Source: a virus
Lineage: Duplodnaviria > Caudoviricetes
Virus record (IMG/VR): IMGVR_UViG_3300036859_000134
Location: 1-60,001 of that record
DNA length: 60,001 bases
Strand: one strand, 5' to 3'
Both the position numbers and the translations under genes were made by a program. The notes under the pieces are model-generated. The model made no database searches. It was not told the origin of the DNA and worked only from the letters and a program-made list of their open reading frames with translations. Numbering within the stretch: position 1 is the first letter of the stretch; every line of letters starts with the position of its first letter. Positions 16,314 to 25,489 of this stretch are shown piece after piece.

Positions 16314-16628
16314 ATGAGCAACGCGCGAACCAAAGAAGCACGCACCGCACGAGAGGCCCACGCATTGACGCTCTCGGCCCGGCCGACATCGTCAGCCCTG
16401 GCCGGCAAGTGCACGGTGCCGGTGAAGACCTTGGTCACCGACGAGGTGGACGACGACCTGCGGCGCTTTGCCGCTCGCCACGGGTACCCCTCGGTGTCTG
16501 ACTGTTTGCGCGAGCTCATTGTTGTTGCCCTCTATGGCAGTGACTACATCGCGAGTCTCCACAAGAACCGGATCAAGGCGCTGGCACAGAACATGGCCGG
16601 AATCGGGACGGAGGGCGGCGCGGAATGA
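16314..16628 (+). CDS. Putative regulator in the cII position (ribbon-helix-helix-like)
   Basis: VPVKTLVTDEVDDDLRRFAARHGYPSVSDCLRELI beta-alpha-alpha pattern. Confidence 0.55.
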   Translation: MSNARTKEARTAREAHALTLSARPTSSALAGKCTVPVKTLVTDEVDDDLRRFAARHGYPSVSDCLRELIVVALYGSDYIASLHKNRIKALAQNMAGIGTEGGAE

Positions 16629-16936
16629 ACCGCCGCAAGCTCGTGGAACAGCTGGCCCCCAGTGCACCTGCTTGTTTTCCGACCCGGCTCGGCTGGATCG
16701 AGTACCTCGGCGCCGCAGCTGAGGCCCAGCGCGGCAAGGGCGGGCAGGGCGGCGACGGCGAGCCCGGCCCGCTGATCCTGGAGGCCGGCAAGCCCGTGCG
16801 CTTCAACTGGCGTTTCGATTACTGCGCCGACTGCGCCTTCACGCAGCTGGAGCGCATGGACCTCGCGCAGATCGGTGTCTGCCAGCCGGACCACCTGCGC
16901 CGGCGCGAACCCAAGACGGAGGCCGCCAATGCATGA
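16625..16936 (+). CDS. Hypothetical protein (Cys motif)
   Basis: PACF....W.EYL...DYCADC......C; ATGA overlap. Confidence 0.65.
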   Translation: MNRRKLVEQLAPSAPACFPTRLGWIEYLGAAAEAQRGKGGQGGDGEPGPLILEAGKPVRFNWRFDYCADCAFTQLERMDLAQIGVCQPDHLRRREPKTEAANA

Positions 16937-17291
16937 GCAGTTGGACCTTCTGTCGGGCGTGCCGCTGCGGCCGCCGATGTCCATCGCGCGCGCGGCGGGT
17001 GAAGAGGCTGCGGAGCGCTGCCTTGCGAAGGCCAAGCGCGTGAGCGATTTCGACGCCGACGGCGCCGGCAAGTTCATCTGCAGCTGGCTCGATCGCCATG
17101 GGCAGATGAGCGGCGAGGACCTCGTCGAAGCAGCGAAGGCCCACGGCTTCCGCGGGCACGACGACCGCTGCTTCGGCGGTGTGTTCCAGCGCCTCGTGAA
17201 CCACAACCAGATCCGCGTGATTCGCTCCGACCTCCCGCGCAAGCGCGGCAACGGTACGAGCGGCGGAAAGCTCTACGGGAGGGTTCGATGA
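16929..17291 (+). CDS. Hypothetical protein
   Basis: MHEQLDLL...SGEDLV..AK..G...HDDR.FG.VF..L. Confidence 0.65.
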   Translation: MHEQLDLLSGVPLRPPMSIARAAGEEAAERCLAKAKRVSDFDADGAGKFICSWLDRHGQMSGEDLVEAAKAHGFRGHDDRCFGGVFQRLVNHNQIRVIRSDLPRKRGNGTSGGKLYGRVR

Positions 17292-17938
17292 GCACAGAGT
17301 ACAAGCCCCGTCCTGGATCGACCGCTGACCTCGCGCTGCAGCAGCTGCGCATCCATGGCCCGATGTCGCGCGACGCGCTTGCGCTCGCGATCGACAAGCC
17401 CGGCGATGAGATCCGCGCCCTGATGGGCTACGCGGTCAACCTCGGCCTTATTGCCGTCGAGCAGCGCCCCGATGGCTCGTGGTTCAGTCTTGGCGACGGC
17501 AAGCCGAAGGCCGAAGCGCCGACGCCCGCCGCTCAGCAGCAAGAGAACGCCCCCAAAGGGCCCCTAACCGCGGTGCAAACGCGGGTGCAAGCCGAAGCGA
17601 CGGAGGCGTGCTCAGGCGCCGGCGCTGGAACGCCTGAGCGCACGGGGCCCGCTTCCATTCCCCAGGATTCAACCCAGCCTGACGGCGCAAACGGGTTGAG
17701 TGGTGACGGCGGCGGCTTCGGCCGTCGCCCGAGCCGTTCGACAACGCGCGCAGCTTCCATGAAGAGCGACAAGCAACTCCCCCCACCGGGGGACCTGCCC
17801 ATCGCACTGTGGAGCGACGGCACGCTGCAGATCCAGCGTGACGCTGATGACCTGGTGCTCTTCACGCGTGACGAGGCGCGGCAGCTCGTTGCCTACCTCG
17901 ATTCGATCGCGCTCGACTCAGTGCGAGAGGCTGCATGA
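17288..17938 (+). CDS. Hypothetical protein with N-terminal winged-helix-like region
   Basis: Coupled ORF; low-complexity linker; C-terminal ALWSDG.L.I......F...EARQLV.YL. Confidence 0.6.
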   Translation: MSTEYKPRPGSTADLALQQLRIHGPMSRDALALAIDKPGDEIRALMGYAVNLGLIAVEQRPDGSWFSLGDGKPKAEAPTPAAQQQENAPKGPLTAVQTRVQAEATEACSGAGAGTPERTGPASIPQDSTQPDGANGLSGDGGGFGRRPSRSTTRAASMKSDKQLPPPGDLPIALWSDGTLQIQRDADDLVLFTRDEARQLVAYLDSIALDSVREAA

Positions 17939-18123
17939 ACAAGCACCCGATCAGCAACCACTTGCCGCCGATGGTGCGCGATGCGCTGGTGTCCGCGGGG
18001 CAGGCGCGTGACTACGACCTCATCGACGAAATCACAGACAAGGCCGCGAAGACCTATCCAGAGCTCGTGCACGAGCGCAGGGTCTGCCGACCCGAATTCG
18101 CGCCGCTGCCCCGCGTTCGCTGA
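17935..18123 (+). CDS. Hypothetical protein
   Basis: 62-aa coupled ORF. Confidence 0.55.
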   Translation: MNKHPISNHLPPMVRDALVSAGQARDYDLIDEITDKAAKTYPELVHERRVCRPEFAPLPRVR

Positions 18124-18162
18124 ACCACAACAAAGCGCTTTAAGCGCATAGGAGAACTCGCT

Positions 18163-19785
18163 TTGCTCACCGGACAGTACATCCTGCCCATCGCTCACGA
18201 ACTGATTGTTGACCTGTTCGCCGGTGGCGGCGGCGCCAGCACTGGCATCGAGCGCGCCACCGGCCGCCACGTCGACATCGCGATCAACCACGATCCCGAG
18301 GCGGTCAGCCTGCACCAGGCGAACCACCCGCAAACGCAGCACTTCGTCTCGGACGTGTTCGAGGTCGACCCGGTCGCAGTGTGCGGCGACCGGCCGGTGG
18401 GCCTGCTGTGGGCGTCACCCGACTGCAAGCACTTCAGCAAAGCCAAGGGCGGAAAGCCCCGTAGCAAGAAGATCCGCGCGCTGGCCGACGTCATTGTGCT
18501 GTGGGCGGAGAAGGTGCGCCCGCGCGTCATCTGCATGGAGAACGTCGAGGAGTTCAAGACCTGGGGCGAACTCGACGACGACGGGTATCCGATTCCCGAG
18601 CGCGCGGGCGAGCTGTTCAAGGAATGGCGCCGCAAGATCGAGGCGCAAGGCTACGTCGGTGAGTTTCGCGAGCTTCGCGCCTGCGACTACAACACGCCGA
18701 CGATCCGCAAGCGACTGTTCGGGATCTTCCGCTGCGACGGCGAGCCGATCGTATGGCCGGAGCCCACGCACGGGCCGGGGCGCAAGCCGTACCGCACGGC
18801 GGCCGAGTGCATCGACTGGTCGCTGCCGTGCCCGAGCATCTTTGAGCGCGACAGGCCGCTGGCCGAGGCCACGATTCGACGCATCGCGCACGGCATCAAG
18901 CGCTACGTGCTCGACACGGCGAAGCCGTTCATCGTGCCGGTGACCCATCCAACCGACGCGCGCGTGCACTCGATCGACGAGCCGCTGCGCACGATCACCG
19001 GCGCGAATCGCGGCGAGCTCGCGCTGGCGTCGCCGACGTTGATCCAGACGGGCTACGGCGAACGCCCCGGCCAAGCGCCGCGCGTGCCTGGGCTCGACAA
19101 GCCGCTCGGCACTGCGGTCGATGGACAGAAACACGCGCTCGTCGCGGCCTTCCTCGCGAAGCACTACGGCGGGAACGAGACGCCCGGCTGGCCACTCGAC
19201 AAGCCGATCAGCACGGTGACGACGCAGGACCACCACCACCTAGTCAGCGCGCAGCTGGTGGGTTGTGGTGGCCGCGCCGGCCAGAGCCGCCCGCGCGAGG
19301 CCGCCGAGCCGGTGCAGACGATCACGGCCAAGGGCGACACTTGCCTGGTCACCTCGCACCTCGCGAAGCTGCGCGGCACCAGCTCGAGCGCGGCCACCGA
19401 TGAACCGCTGCACACGGTCAGCGCCGGCGGCACGCATCACGCCGAGGTCCGCGCGCTGCTGCTGAAGTACTACGGCACTGACCAGGATCCGAACCTGCGC
19501 GAGCCGCTGCACACCGTCACCACCAAGGATCGCTTCGGCCTGGTGACCGTGAAGGGCGAGGACTACTTCATCGCCGACATCGGTATGCGCATGCTGCAGC
19601 CGCGTGAGCTGTACCGCGCGCAGGGCTTCCCCGAGAGCTACATCATCGACCGCGGCGCCGACGGACGGGTGCTGTCGAAGGCGGCGCAGGTCCGCATGTG
19701 CGGCAACAGCGTCTGCCCGCCGCTGGCGAGCGCGATCGTCGCGGCGAACTACAGCGAGCAGCAGGCGCTGCGGAGGGCCGCGTAA
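18163..19785 (+). CDS. C5-cytosine DNA methyltransferase (phage orphan type)
   Basis: DLFAGGGG (motif I), SPDC (IV), MENV (VI), R.R (VIII), ELYRAQGFP and GNSV (IX/X); long variable region with repeated (E/K)P(L/I/V).T(I/V)T units. Confidence 0.93.
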   Translation: MLTGQYILPIAHELIVDLFAGGGGASTGIERATGRHVDIAINHDPEAVSLHQANHPQTQHFVSDVFEVDPVAVCGDRPVGLLWASPDCKHFSKAKGGKPRSKKIRALADVIVLWAEKVRPRVICMENVEEFKTWGELDDDGYPIPERAGELFKEWRRKIEAQGYVGEFRELRACDYNTPTIRKRLFGIFRCDGEPIVWPEPTHGPGRKPYRTAAECIDWSLPCPSIFERDRPLAEATIRRIAHGIKRYVLDTAKPFIVPVTHPTDARVHSIDEPLRTITGANRGELALASPTLIQTGYGERPGQAPRVPGLDKPLGTAVDGQKHALVAAFLAKHYGGNETPGWPLDKPISTVTTQDHHHLVSAQLVGCGGRAGQSRPREAAEPVQTITAKGDTCLVTSHLAKLRGTSSSAATDEPLHTVSAGGTHHAEVRALLLKYYGTDQDPNLREPLHTVTTKDRFGLVTVKGEDYFIADIGMRMLQPRELYRAQGFPESYIIDRGADGRVLSKAAQVRMCGNSVCPPLASAIVAANYSEQQALRRAA

Positions 19786-19790
19786 TGCCG

Positions 19791-19997
19791 TCAGCCCTCC
19801 AACTCATCCACCCGCGCCCGCGCCGCGCCGGTACCCAGGCGCCACGCAGTCTCCTCGTCGGGCAGCAGCCGCGGGCTCTTGCCAAACACATCGTCGTCGA
19901 TGGCGTAGGCCCAGCGCCAGGCGTGCTCGCGCTCCTGCGTAACGGTCACCCTGATCCGGTGCCGACGGTGCGTCTCGGTGCGTTCGAGTTCCTTCAT
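19791..19997 (-). CDS. Small hypothetical protein, counter-oriented
   Basis: MKELERTETHRRHRIRVTV...; follows 20006-20368 on the minus strand. Confidence 0.5.
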   Translation of the reverse strand: MKELERTETHRRHRIRVTVTQEREHAWRWAYAIDDDVFGKSPRLLPDEETAWRLGTGAARARVDELEG

Positions 19998-20005
19998 GGG
20001 CAAGC

Positions 20006-20368
20006 CTATTCCAACGCCAAGCGCACTACTGTGCGCAGGTACGGCCAGCCGCTGCCGACCAGGGCAACAGCTGCGAAGATAGCGGCCCACTTGGCCCACC
20101 TCGCTGAGGCGCCGGCGTGCCTGGCAGCCTCACTTGCGGCGTCTGCTGACTTTTCTGCGGCCTCAGTGGATCGTCTCATGAGGTCGCGTTGTTCGGCCTC
20201 GCGCGCGGCCTTCAGGGCTCCATCTCGCCGCTCTGCCCATGCTGCCAGGAGCATTCTCTGGCGAACGTCCAAGCGCCCAGGCTCGTTCAGGCTGTCCAGG
20301 GCCTTCACGCCGTTCCGCGCTACCCATGCGTCCACTTCGCTGATCGACTTCACGTCGAACGGTTCCAT
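20006..20368 (-). CDS. Coiled-coil protein with C-terminal TM helix, counter-oriented
   Basis: GGAGG RBS; ...AAEKSADAASEAA...WAKWAAIFAAVALVGSGW. Confidence 0.6.
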   Translation of the reverse strand: MEPFDVKSISEVDAWVARNGVKALDSLNEPGRLDVRQRMLLAAWAERRDGALKAAREAEQRDLMRRSTEAAEKSADAASEAARHAGASARWAKWAAIFAAVALVGSGWPYLRTVVRLALE

Positions 20369-20401
20369 GCGGCCCTCCAGTCTCGATCATGGGGGAATGG
20401 T

Positions 20402-21256
20402 ATGCCGGTGACGCGCCCAGCGCTGCGCTACCACGGCGGCAAGTTCAGGCTCGCGCCGTGGCTTATGCAGTTCTTCCCGCCACATGGCTGCTACGTCGAG
20501 CCATTCGGTGGCGCTGCCGGCGTGCTGCTGCAGAAGCCGCGCGTCTACGCCGAGATCTACAACGACCTGGATGGGGAGATCGTCAACTTCTTTCGGGTCG
20601 TGCGGGATCCTGCGCTGCGCGCGGACCTCATCGAGGCGTGCCGCCTCACGCCTTATGCGCGCGAGGAGTTCGACCAGAGCTACGAGCCGACCGACGATCC
20701 ACTCGAGCGAGCGCGCCGCACTTGCATTCGAGCAGCCATGGGCTTCGGGTCCGCCGGCGCCACGAAGGCCACCACGGGCTTCCGCACTGATACGCGGCGC
20801 AAGTACGGCACGGCGCAGCACAACTGGGCCGAATACCCCGCGGCGCTGGGTCCCATAGGCGAGCGCTTCGCCGGCGTGCTCATCGAAAACCGAGACGCGA
20901 TCGAAGTGATCCAGTCGCACGATGGGCCGGACACGCTGCACTTCGTCGACCCGCCATACGTGCACGAGACGCGTCACATGCGCAACAAGGGCGGCTACCG
21001 GCACGAGCTCGATGATGCGGGCCACGAGCGATTGCTGCAGGCGCTTGCCGTCGTCGACGGCATGGTGGTCCTGTGCGGCTATGCCACCGAGCTCTACGAC
21101 GCGGCGCTGAGGGGATGGCAACGCCATGAGACGCGCGCCCGCATCAGTGGCGGCCGTGGCACCTCGATTCGCACCGAGGTCGTCTGGCTCAACCCTGTGT
21201 GCAGCGAAGCGCTCCAGCGCTCGAGCGGCGGCCTGTTCGCGGGGGTGGCTGCATGA
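20402..21256 (+). CDS. N6-adenine DNA methyltransferase (Dam/D12 class)
   Basis: LRYHGGK, YVEPFGG, YNDLD, FVDPPY, TEVVWLN. Confidence 0.93.
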   Translation: MPVTRPALRYHGGKFRLAPWLMQFFPPHGCYVEPFGGAAGVLLQKPRVYAEIYNDLDGEIVNFFRVVRDPALRADLIEACRLTPYAREEFDQSYEPTDDPLERARRTCIRAAMGFGSAGATKATTGFRTDTRRKYGTAQHNWAEYPAALGPIGERFAGVLIENRDAIEVIQSHDGPDTLHFVDPPYVHETRHMRNKGGYRHELDDAGHERLLQALAVVDGMVVLCGYATELYDAALRGWQRHETRARISGGRGTSIRTEVVWLNPVCSEALQRSSGGLFAGVAA

Positions 21257-21747
21257 GGTGGCACGTCAGCTTCCGCTGCGACCCTGTTGGGCGAGTCCTG
21301 GCGGATCGCCACTACAACCGCCAGTCGGTCGGATCGCCGCAGTTCGTGCCGCCCGGCGAGTGCGTCGTGCTGCATAGCGTGTGCGGCCGCGCCGTTTGGG
21401 TCACGCTCTCGCAGCAGGCCCAGTACGTGAAGCACGACTGGCCTAACGCATGGATCAACAGCCTGTTCCGCAATGAGGGCGCTGGGCTGTCGTCCGAGCT
21501 GATCCGCAAGGCCATCGCCGCCACGCTCGCGCGGTGGCCGGTGCCGGCGCCGCGCGGCATGGTGACCTTTGTCGATCCAAAGAAGGTGCGTCACAAGCGC
21601 GATCCGGGCCGCTGCTACATCAGGGCGGGCTTCCGGCGCGTTGGCCTCACGAAGGGCGGGCTCGTAGTGCTGCAGATGCAGCCTCAGGACATGCCCGAGC
21701 CATGCGCGGCCATCGGTGCGCAACACGCCATGGAGTACGCCGCTTGA
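21253..21747 (+). CDS. Putative Mom-like/GNAT-fold DNA modification protein
   Basis: DRHY.R, FRNE...LSS.LI, TFVD...PG.CY..AGF..G pattern; coupled to the adenine MTase. Confidence 0.45.
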   Translation: MRWHVSFRCDPVGRVLADRHYNRQSVGSPQFVPPGECVVLHSVCGRAVWVTLSQQAQYVKHDWPNAWINSLFRNEGAGLSSELIRKAIAATLARWPVPAPRGMVTFVDPKKVRHKRDPGRCYIRAGFRRVGLTKGGLVVLQMQPQDMPEPCAAIGAQHAMEYAA

Positions 21748-22640
21748 GCACAGCCATCATGGGACTCTGCTGGCCGCTCCAGGTGCCGCCCACGCCGAAG
21801 GCGGTGCTGATGTCGCTCGCCGACCAGGCGAACGATCAGGGCGTGTGCTGGCCGGCAATTGGCAGCATCGTCAAGCGCACCTGCCTGTCCGAGCGAGCGG
21901 TACAGAACGCGATCAGCTGGCTGCAGCAGTCCGGCGTGCTCGTGCTCAAGCGAGAGCAGGGTAGGGCCACGACGTACCAAATCATCCCCGATGGGCTCGG
22001 CACGCAAGACTTATTCACAGCCCCCGCACGACATGCACCCCCGCAGCAGGTGCACCCCCGCACCACCGACACCACCCCACCGCAGCAGGTGCACCCCACC
22101 CCCGCAGGAGATGCACCCCACCCCCGCACGACGTGCACCCAGAATCGTAATAGAACCATCAAGGAACCCAAACAGAACCGTAAGTCACCCGGCGCCTTCG
22201 ACGCCGAGTCGATGGTCCTGCCGGCATGGCTCGATCCGAGCGACTGGTCCCGATGGGTCAAGGACCGCAAGGACCGCAAGAAGCCGCTCACCGAGGAGGC
22301 GGCAAAGCTCAGCATCGCGATGCTCGACAAGCACCGCGCGGACGGCTTCACGCCGCAGCAAGTCATCGACAACGCGATCGCGGCTGGCTGGCAAGGGCTC
22401 TACCCACCGATCGGCAACAAGCGCTCCAGCACGCCGGCGGTCGACATGGCGCACTGGTGGCGCACCGACGCCGGCGTCGATGCCAAGGGCGCCGAACTCG
22501 GCATCGAGCGTGGCAACGCCCCAGGCACCTTCGAAGCTCGCGTGTGGGTCGCCGCGGGTGATGGGCCATGGTGGGATGACACCAAGGCAACGACGTACCG
22601 CATCGCCAAGAAGCTGCGTGAGGAGGGTGTACTGGCATGA
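21744..22640 (+). CDS. Replication initiator (lambda O-like, N-terminal HTH)
   Basis: KAVLMSLADQAND.G.CWP....I..RT.LSERAV..AI..L; internal iterons; C-terminal W..W...R...KKPLT..A...GWQG domain. Confidence 0.88.
   Translation: MSTAIMGLCWPLQVPPTPKAVLMSLADQANDQGVCWPAIGSIVKRTCLSERAVQNAISWLQQSGVLVLKREQGRATTYQIIPDGLGTQDLFTAPARHAPPQQVHPRTTDTTPPQQVHPTPAGDAPHPRTTCTQNRNRTIKEPKQNRKSPGAFDAESMVLPAWLDPSDWSRWVKDRKDRKKPLTEEAAKLSIAMLDKHRADGFTPQQVIDNAIAAGWQGLYPPIGNKRSSTPAVDMAHWWRTDAGVDAKGAELGIERGNAPGTFEARVWVAAGDGPWWDDTKATTYRIAKKLREEGVLA
22024..22185 (+). repeat. Replication origin iterons plus A-rich tract
   Basis: 17-mer CCGCA(C/G)(G/C)A(C/G)(A/G)TGCACCC at 22024, 22041, 22080, 22102, 22124, a degenerate copy at 22058, then A-rich 22141-22185. 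Confidence 0.8.
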
Positions 22641-22858
22641 CCTACTCCAGCGCCAAGCGCCAGATCCACCGCCAGCAGATCGCGCGCCGCGCCGCCGCGT
22701 TGTCGGCAGAGCTGAAGAACCGCGCCCGGCCGGATCCGAAGGCCTGGGCATGGGCGCTCAGGGCCCGCGAGGAAGCCGGCGAGCGCCTGAACGAGCACGA
22801 GCGGCGCATGTGGCGCGAAGCGCTGCAGTGGGAACTGGAGGCCGGCTGTGAGCAGTGA
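22637..22858 (+). CDS. Hypothetical protein
   Basis: DPKAWA..L.ARE.AGE.L......WREAL. Confidence 0.65.
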   Translation: MTYSSAKRQIHRQQIARRAAALSAELKNRARPDPKAWAWALRAREEAGERLNEHERRMWREALQWELEAGCEQ

Positions 22859-23300
22859 GGTCCTCGAGCGCATCGTCACCACGCGCGAGGACGCGCACCG
22901 CGCGGCGACGCTCTGCTACCAGCATGCGCAGGCGCTGATCGCGAATGGCGTGCGCGTGCGCATCACCGCGGAAGAGCAGGAAGACGACCGCACTCTGCAG
23001 CAGAACAGGTTCTATTGGGGCCCGTGCCTGAGCGAGATCAGCGAGCAGGCCACGATCAACAGCCAGCGGTACACGATCGACGCGTGGCACGAGTTGTTCA
23101 AGCGCCAGTTCCTCGGCTACGAGGTGCTGCGCGTGCACGTCGCCGGCCGCAAGCGGCCGACCATCATCCGCCGCCTCCGCAGCACCACGAAGCTCAAGGT
23201 CAAGGCAATGAGCAAGTACCTCGACGAGGTGCAGGCGTTCGCCGCGACCGAGCTGGGCGTGCGGTTCAGCGTGCGCAATTGGCAGGAGTACACGGGGTGA
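22848..23300 (+). CDS. ninB: NinB/Orf-family recombination protein
   Basis: RTLQQN..YW...L.EIS......W.ELFK..FL...ST.KL...MS.YL.EV.AFA..ELGV.F. Confidence 0.8.
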   Translation: MSSEVLERIVTTREDAHRAATLCYQHAQALIANGVRVRITAEEQEDDRTLQQNRFYWGPCLSEISEQATINSQRYTIDAWHELFKRQFLGYEVLRVHVAGRKRPTIIRRLRSTTKLKVKAMSKYLDEVQAFAATELGVRFSVRNWQEYTG

Positions 23301-23524
23301 GCCAAGACAACGAACTGATGTTGACCATCGTCAGCCAGGCGAACCAGATCAGGCACCTGGGCGAGCAGCTGGGCGTCGTGTCGCAGGCGATGCAGACCCA
23401 GCAGCAACAGCACGCCGAGGCTATCAAGGCCAAGGATGCCGAGATCGCCAGACTGCGCGCCACCAGCCCGCCGTTGCCGGCGCCGCCGGGCCCGATCGAC
23501 ACCGAAGGCGGAGCGCCCGACTGA
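23297..23524 (+). CDS. Short coiled-coil hypothetical protein
   Basis: GGAG RBS, GTGA overlap. Confidence 0.5.
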   Translation: MSQDNELMLTIVSQANQIRHLGEQLGVVSQAMQTQQQQHAEAIKAKDAEIARLRATSPPLPAPPGPIDTEGGAPD

Positions 23525-23907
23525 TGGCCGAGGCCGGCTTTCGCTGCTACCTGAAGGGCTACAAGGGCCCCGGTGCGGTGCCGCCGGCGAAGCGCCGCGT
23601 GCCGAAGGACCCGCCGCCGACCAAGGCCGAGGCCGAGCACATGGGCCGCGTGAAGCGCCTGCGCTGCGTGCTGTGTGTCCGGCTCGGGCTGGTGCAGGAG
23701 AGCGTCACCGACGTCCACCATCTGCGCGAAGAGCAGGGCGGTGCACAGCGGGCATCGAACTGGCTCACCGCTGCGCTGTGCCACGAGCGCTGCCACCAGG
23801 GTGCGAACGGCATCCACGGCGACCGCGCGCTGCTGCGGCAGGCCAACTGCACTGAGCTCGACCTGCTCGCCTGGACCCTGGAGGATCTCGCAGCATGCCG
23901 TGCCTGA
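23524..23907 (+). CDS. Ref/DUF968-like HNH nuclease
   Basis: EHMGRVK.L.CVLC...VHH.R...G..QR.S.....LC...CH.G..GIHG. Confidence 0.75.
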   Translation: MAEAGFRCYLKGYKGPGAVPPAKRRVPKDPPPTKAEAEHMGRVKRLRCVLCVRLGLVQESVTDVHHLREEQGGAQRASNWLTAALCHERCHQGANGIHGDRALLRQANCTELDLLAWTLEDLAACRA

Positions 23908-24572
23908 CCTGCGCCAAGGCCGCGATGCGCGACACCGCCGACCAGGAGCGCGACAAGCTGTTGCGCCGCATGGCCGCGCTCGGCGCGATCAATTGCACGC
24001 TGAGCCCGTTCCGCGCCACGTTCTTTGCGCTCGACGCCACCTGTACACGCTACGTCGAGGCAGACCCCGACACCGTCGCCAAGCGTCAAGCCTGGGCGGC
24101 GAAGAACCAAGCAACCCGAAAGGACCCCCGCATGACCTGCATTGCCTGGGATGGGACGACGCTGGCCTCCGACAAGCGCGCCAGCAGCAGCGGCTTCCCG
24201 ATAACCGTGACCAAGATATTCCGCACCGCGTACGGTCTCGTCGGGCTCGCCGGCAGCGGGCCGGTGGCTCGCGCGCTGCTCGCCTGGGTGAACGACGGCA
24301 TGGACCCCGCGAAGTGGCCGGCGTGCGCCGAAGAATCGGACGCCGAGATCATGGTGATCACGCCCGACGGCAAGTGCACGAGCTACGGCGCACGGCCGTA
24401 CCCGCTGGTCATCGAAGACGGCTACGCCGCGGTCGGCTGCGGCCGTGACTTCGCGCTCGCGGCGATGTACCTGGGCAAGAGCGCCGAGGAGGCCGTCGAG
24501 GTCGCATGCGCGCTGGACATCCACTGCGGCAACGGCATCGACGCGCTCACGCTGCAAGAACCGCAGCCGTGA
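23895..24572 (+). CDS. HslV/proteasome-beta-like Ntn hydrolase (domain starts at ATG 24132) with in-frame Cys-rich N-terminal extension
   Basis: M-T-C-I-A-W-D-G.TLASDK...TKI...VGLAGSG...AVGCG.DFA.AAM..G.SA.EAV..A..LD...G..I; own AAAGGA RBS before 24132. Confidence 0.7.
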   Translation: MPCLTCAKAAMRDTADQERDKLLRRMAALGAINCTLSPFRATFFALDATCTRYVEADPDTVAKRQAWAAKNQATRKDPRMTCIAWDGTTLASDKRASSSGFPITVTKIFRTAYGLVGLAGSGPVARALLAWVNDGMDPAKWPACAEESDAEIMVITPDGKCTSYGARPYPLVIEDGYAAVGCGRDFALAAMYLGKSAEEAVEVACALDIHCGNGIDALTLQEPQP

Positions 24573-24769
24573 AATCCATCGAGCACCACCTCATCGCCTA
24601 CGCCAAGAAGGTGCTCGGCGGACTCGGCGCAGAAGCCGGCATGGACCGCCAGCGCATGCGCGAGCACCTACACGCGTGCATCGACCGCTGGCGCGCCGCC
24701 TACGGCGACCAGGTGGCCGACCTCGTCTACACCGAAATCAAGGGCGCCTGGAAGGCGCAGAGCACGTAG
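24569..24769 (+). CDS. Hypothetical protein
   Basis: GTGA-coupled 66-aa ORF. Confidence 0.55.
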   Translation: MKSIEHHLIAYAKKVLGGLGAEAGMDRQRMREHLHACIDRWRAAYGDQVADLVYTEIKGAWKAQST

Positions 24770-24794
24770 TATCTCGACAACTCAACGGAGGCCA

Positions 24795-25109
24795 ATGATG
24801 GTCCAATGGAAATCCCTTGAAGACGCGCTCGCCGATCCGATCTTCAACCAGTGCAGATCCATCGTCGGAGCGAAAACGGAGTCGCAGTCTGAGGCTCTGA
24901 TGCGCGCCCTGCTGCACTTTGGGTCGTTCGCCATCAACGAGAGATCGGCCGGCGGCGTTCGCTGGGAGGCGCCGACCCCTATGGCCGCGGTCGTCTCGCT
25001 CGGCGATGTCACTGTCGAGATGAGGCGCAAAGAGACAGTGATTCTCAAACTCGCCATCCCTCAGATGCTTGTCCACCGCATCGATGTCGAAGGGGCGCCG
25101 CTAACATGA
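24795..25109 (+). CDS. Hypothetical protein
   Basis: GGAGG RBS. Confidence 0.5.
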   Translation: MMVQWKSLEDALADPIFNQCRSIVGAKTESQSEALMRALLHFGSFAINERSAGGVRWEAPTPMAAVVSLGDVTVEMRRKETVILKLAIPQMLVHRIDVEGAPLT

Positions 25110-25489
25110 AGCACAAGGTATCCGAGCTGGAAGGCGCGCAGCTGGCGCGTGCTGTTGCCATGGCCTGCGGCTATCGCGTTGAGCATGAGGTCGAATGGGA
25201 CGTATGGCTGCCACCGGAGGCCACGCCGGACGCTTCGCCATGCCACTCGTTCGGCGAACACGGCTGGCGCCCGGACAAGAACTGGGCGCACGGCGGCCCG
25301 ATCATCGAGCGCGAGCGGATCACGGTGAGCAGTCTGCTTGATCGATCCTTCCAAGCCTCTTGGCATCCATGGGAGACCGAATACGACCCATCGGACATGG
25401 GGGTGGAGCAAACCGGGCCAACCTATCTGATCGCCGCCATGCGCGCCTACGTCGCCAGCAAGCTGGGCGAGGAGGTCGACCTGCCATGA
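25106..25489 (+). CDS. NinX/DUF2591 family protein
   Basis: KVSELEG..L..AVA...W..GGPIIERE.I...GPT.LIAAMR.YVASKLG.EV. Confidence 0.85.
   Translation: MKHKVSELEGAQLARAVAMACGYRVEHEVEWDVWLPPEATPDASPCHSFGEHGWRPDKNWAHGGPIIERERITVSSLLDRSFQASWHPWETEYDPSDMGVEQTGPTYLIAAMRAYVASKLGEEVDLP

Noticed and set aside
18163-21256. Restriction-modification system
   Set aside because: No restriction endonuclease next to either MTase; orphan phage MTases are common.
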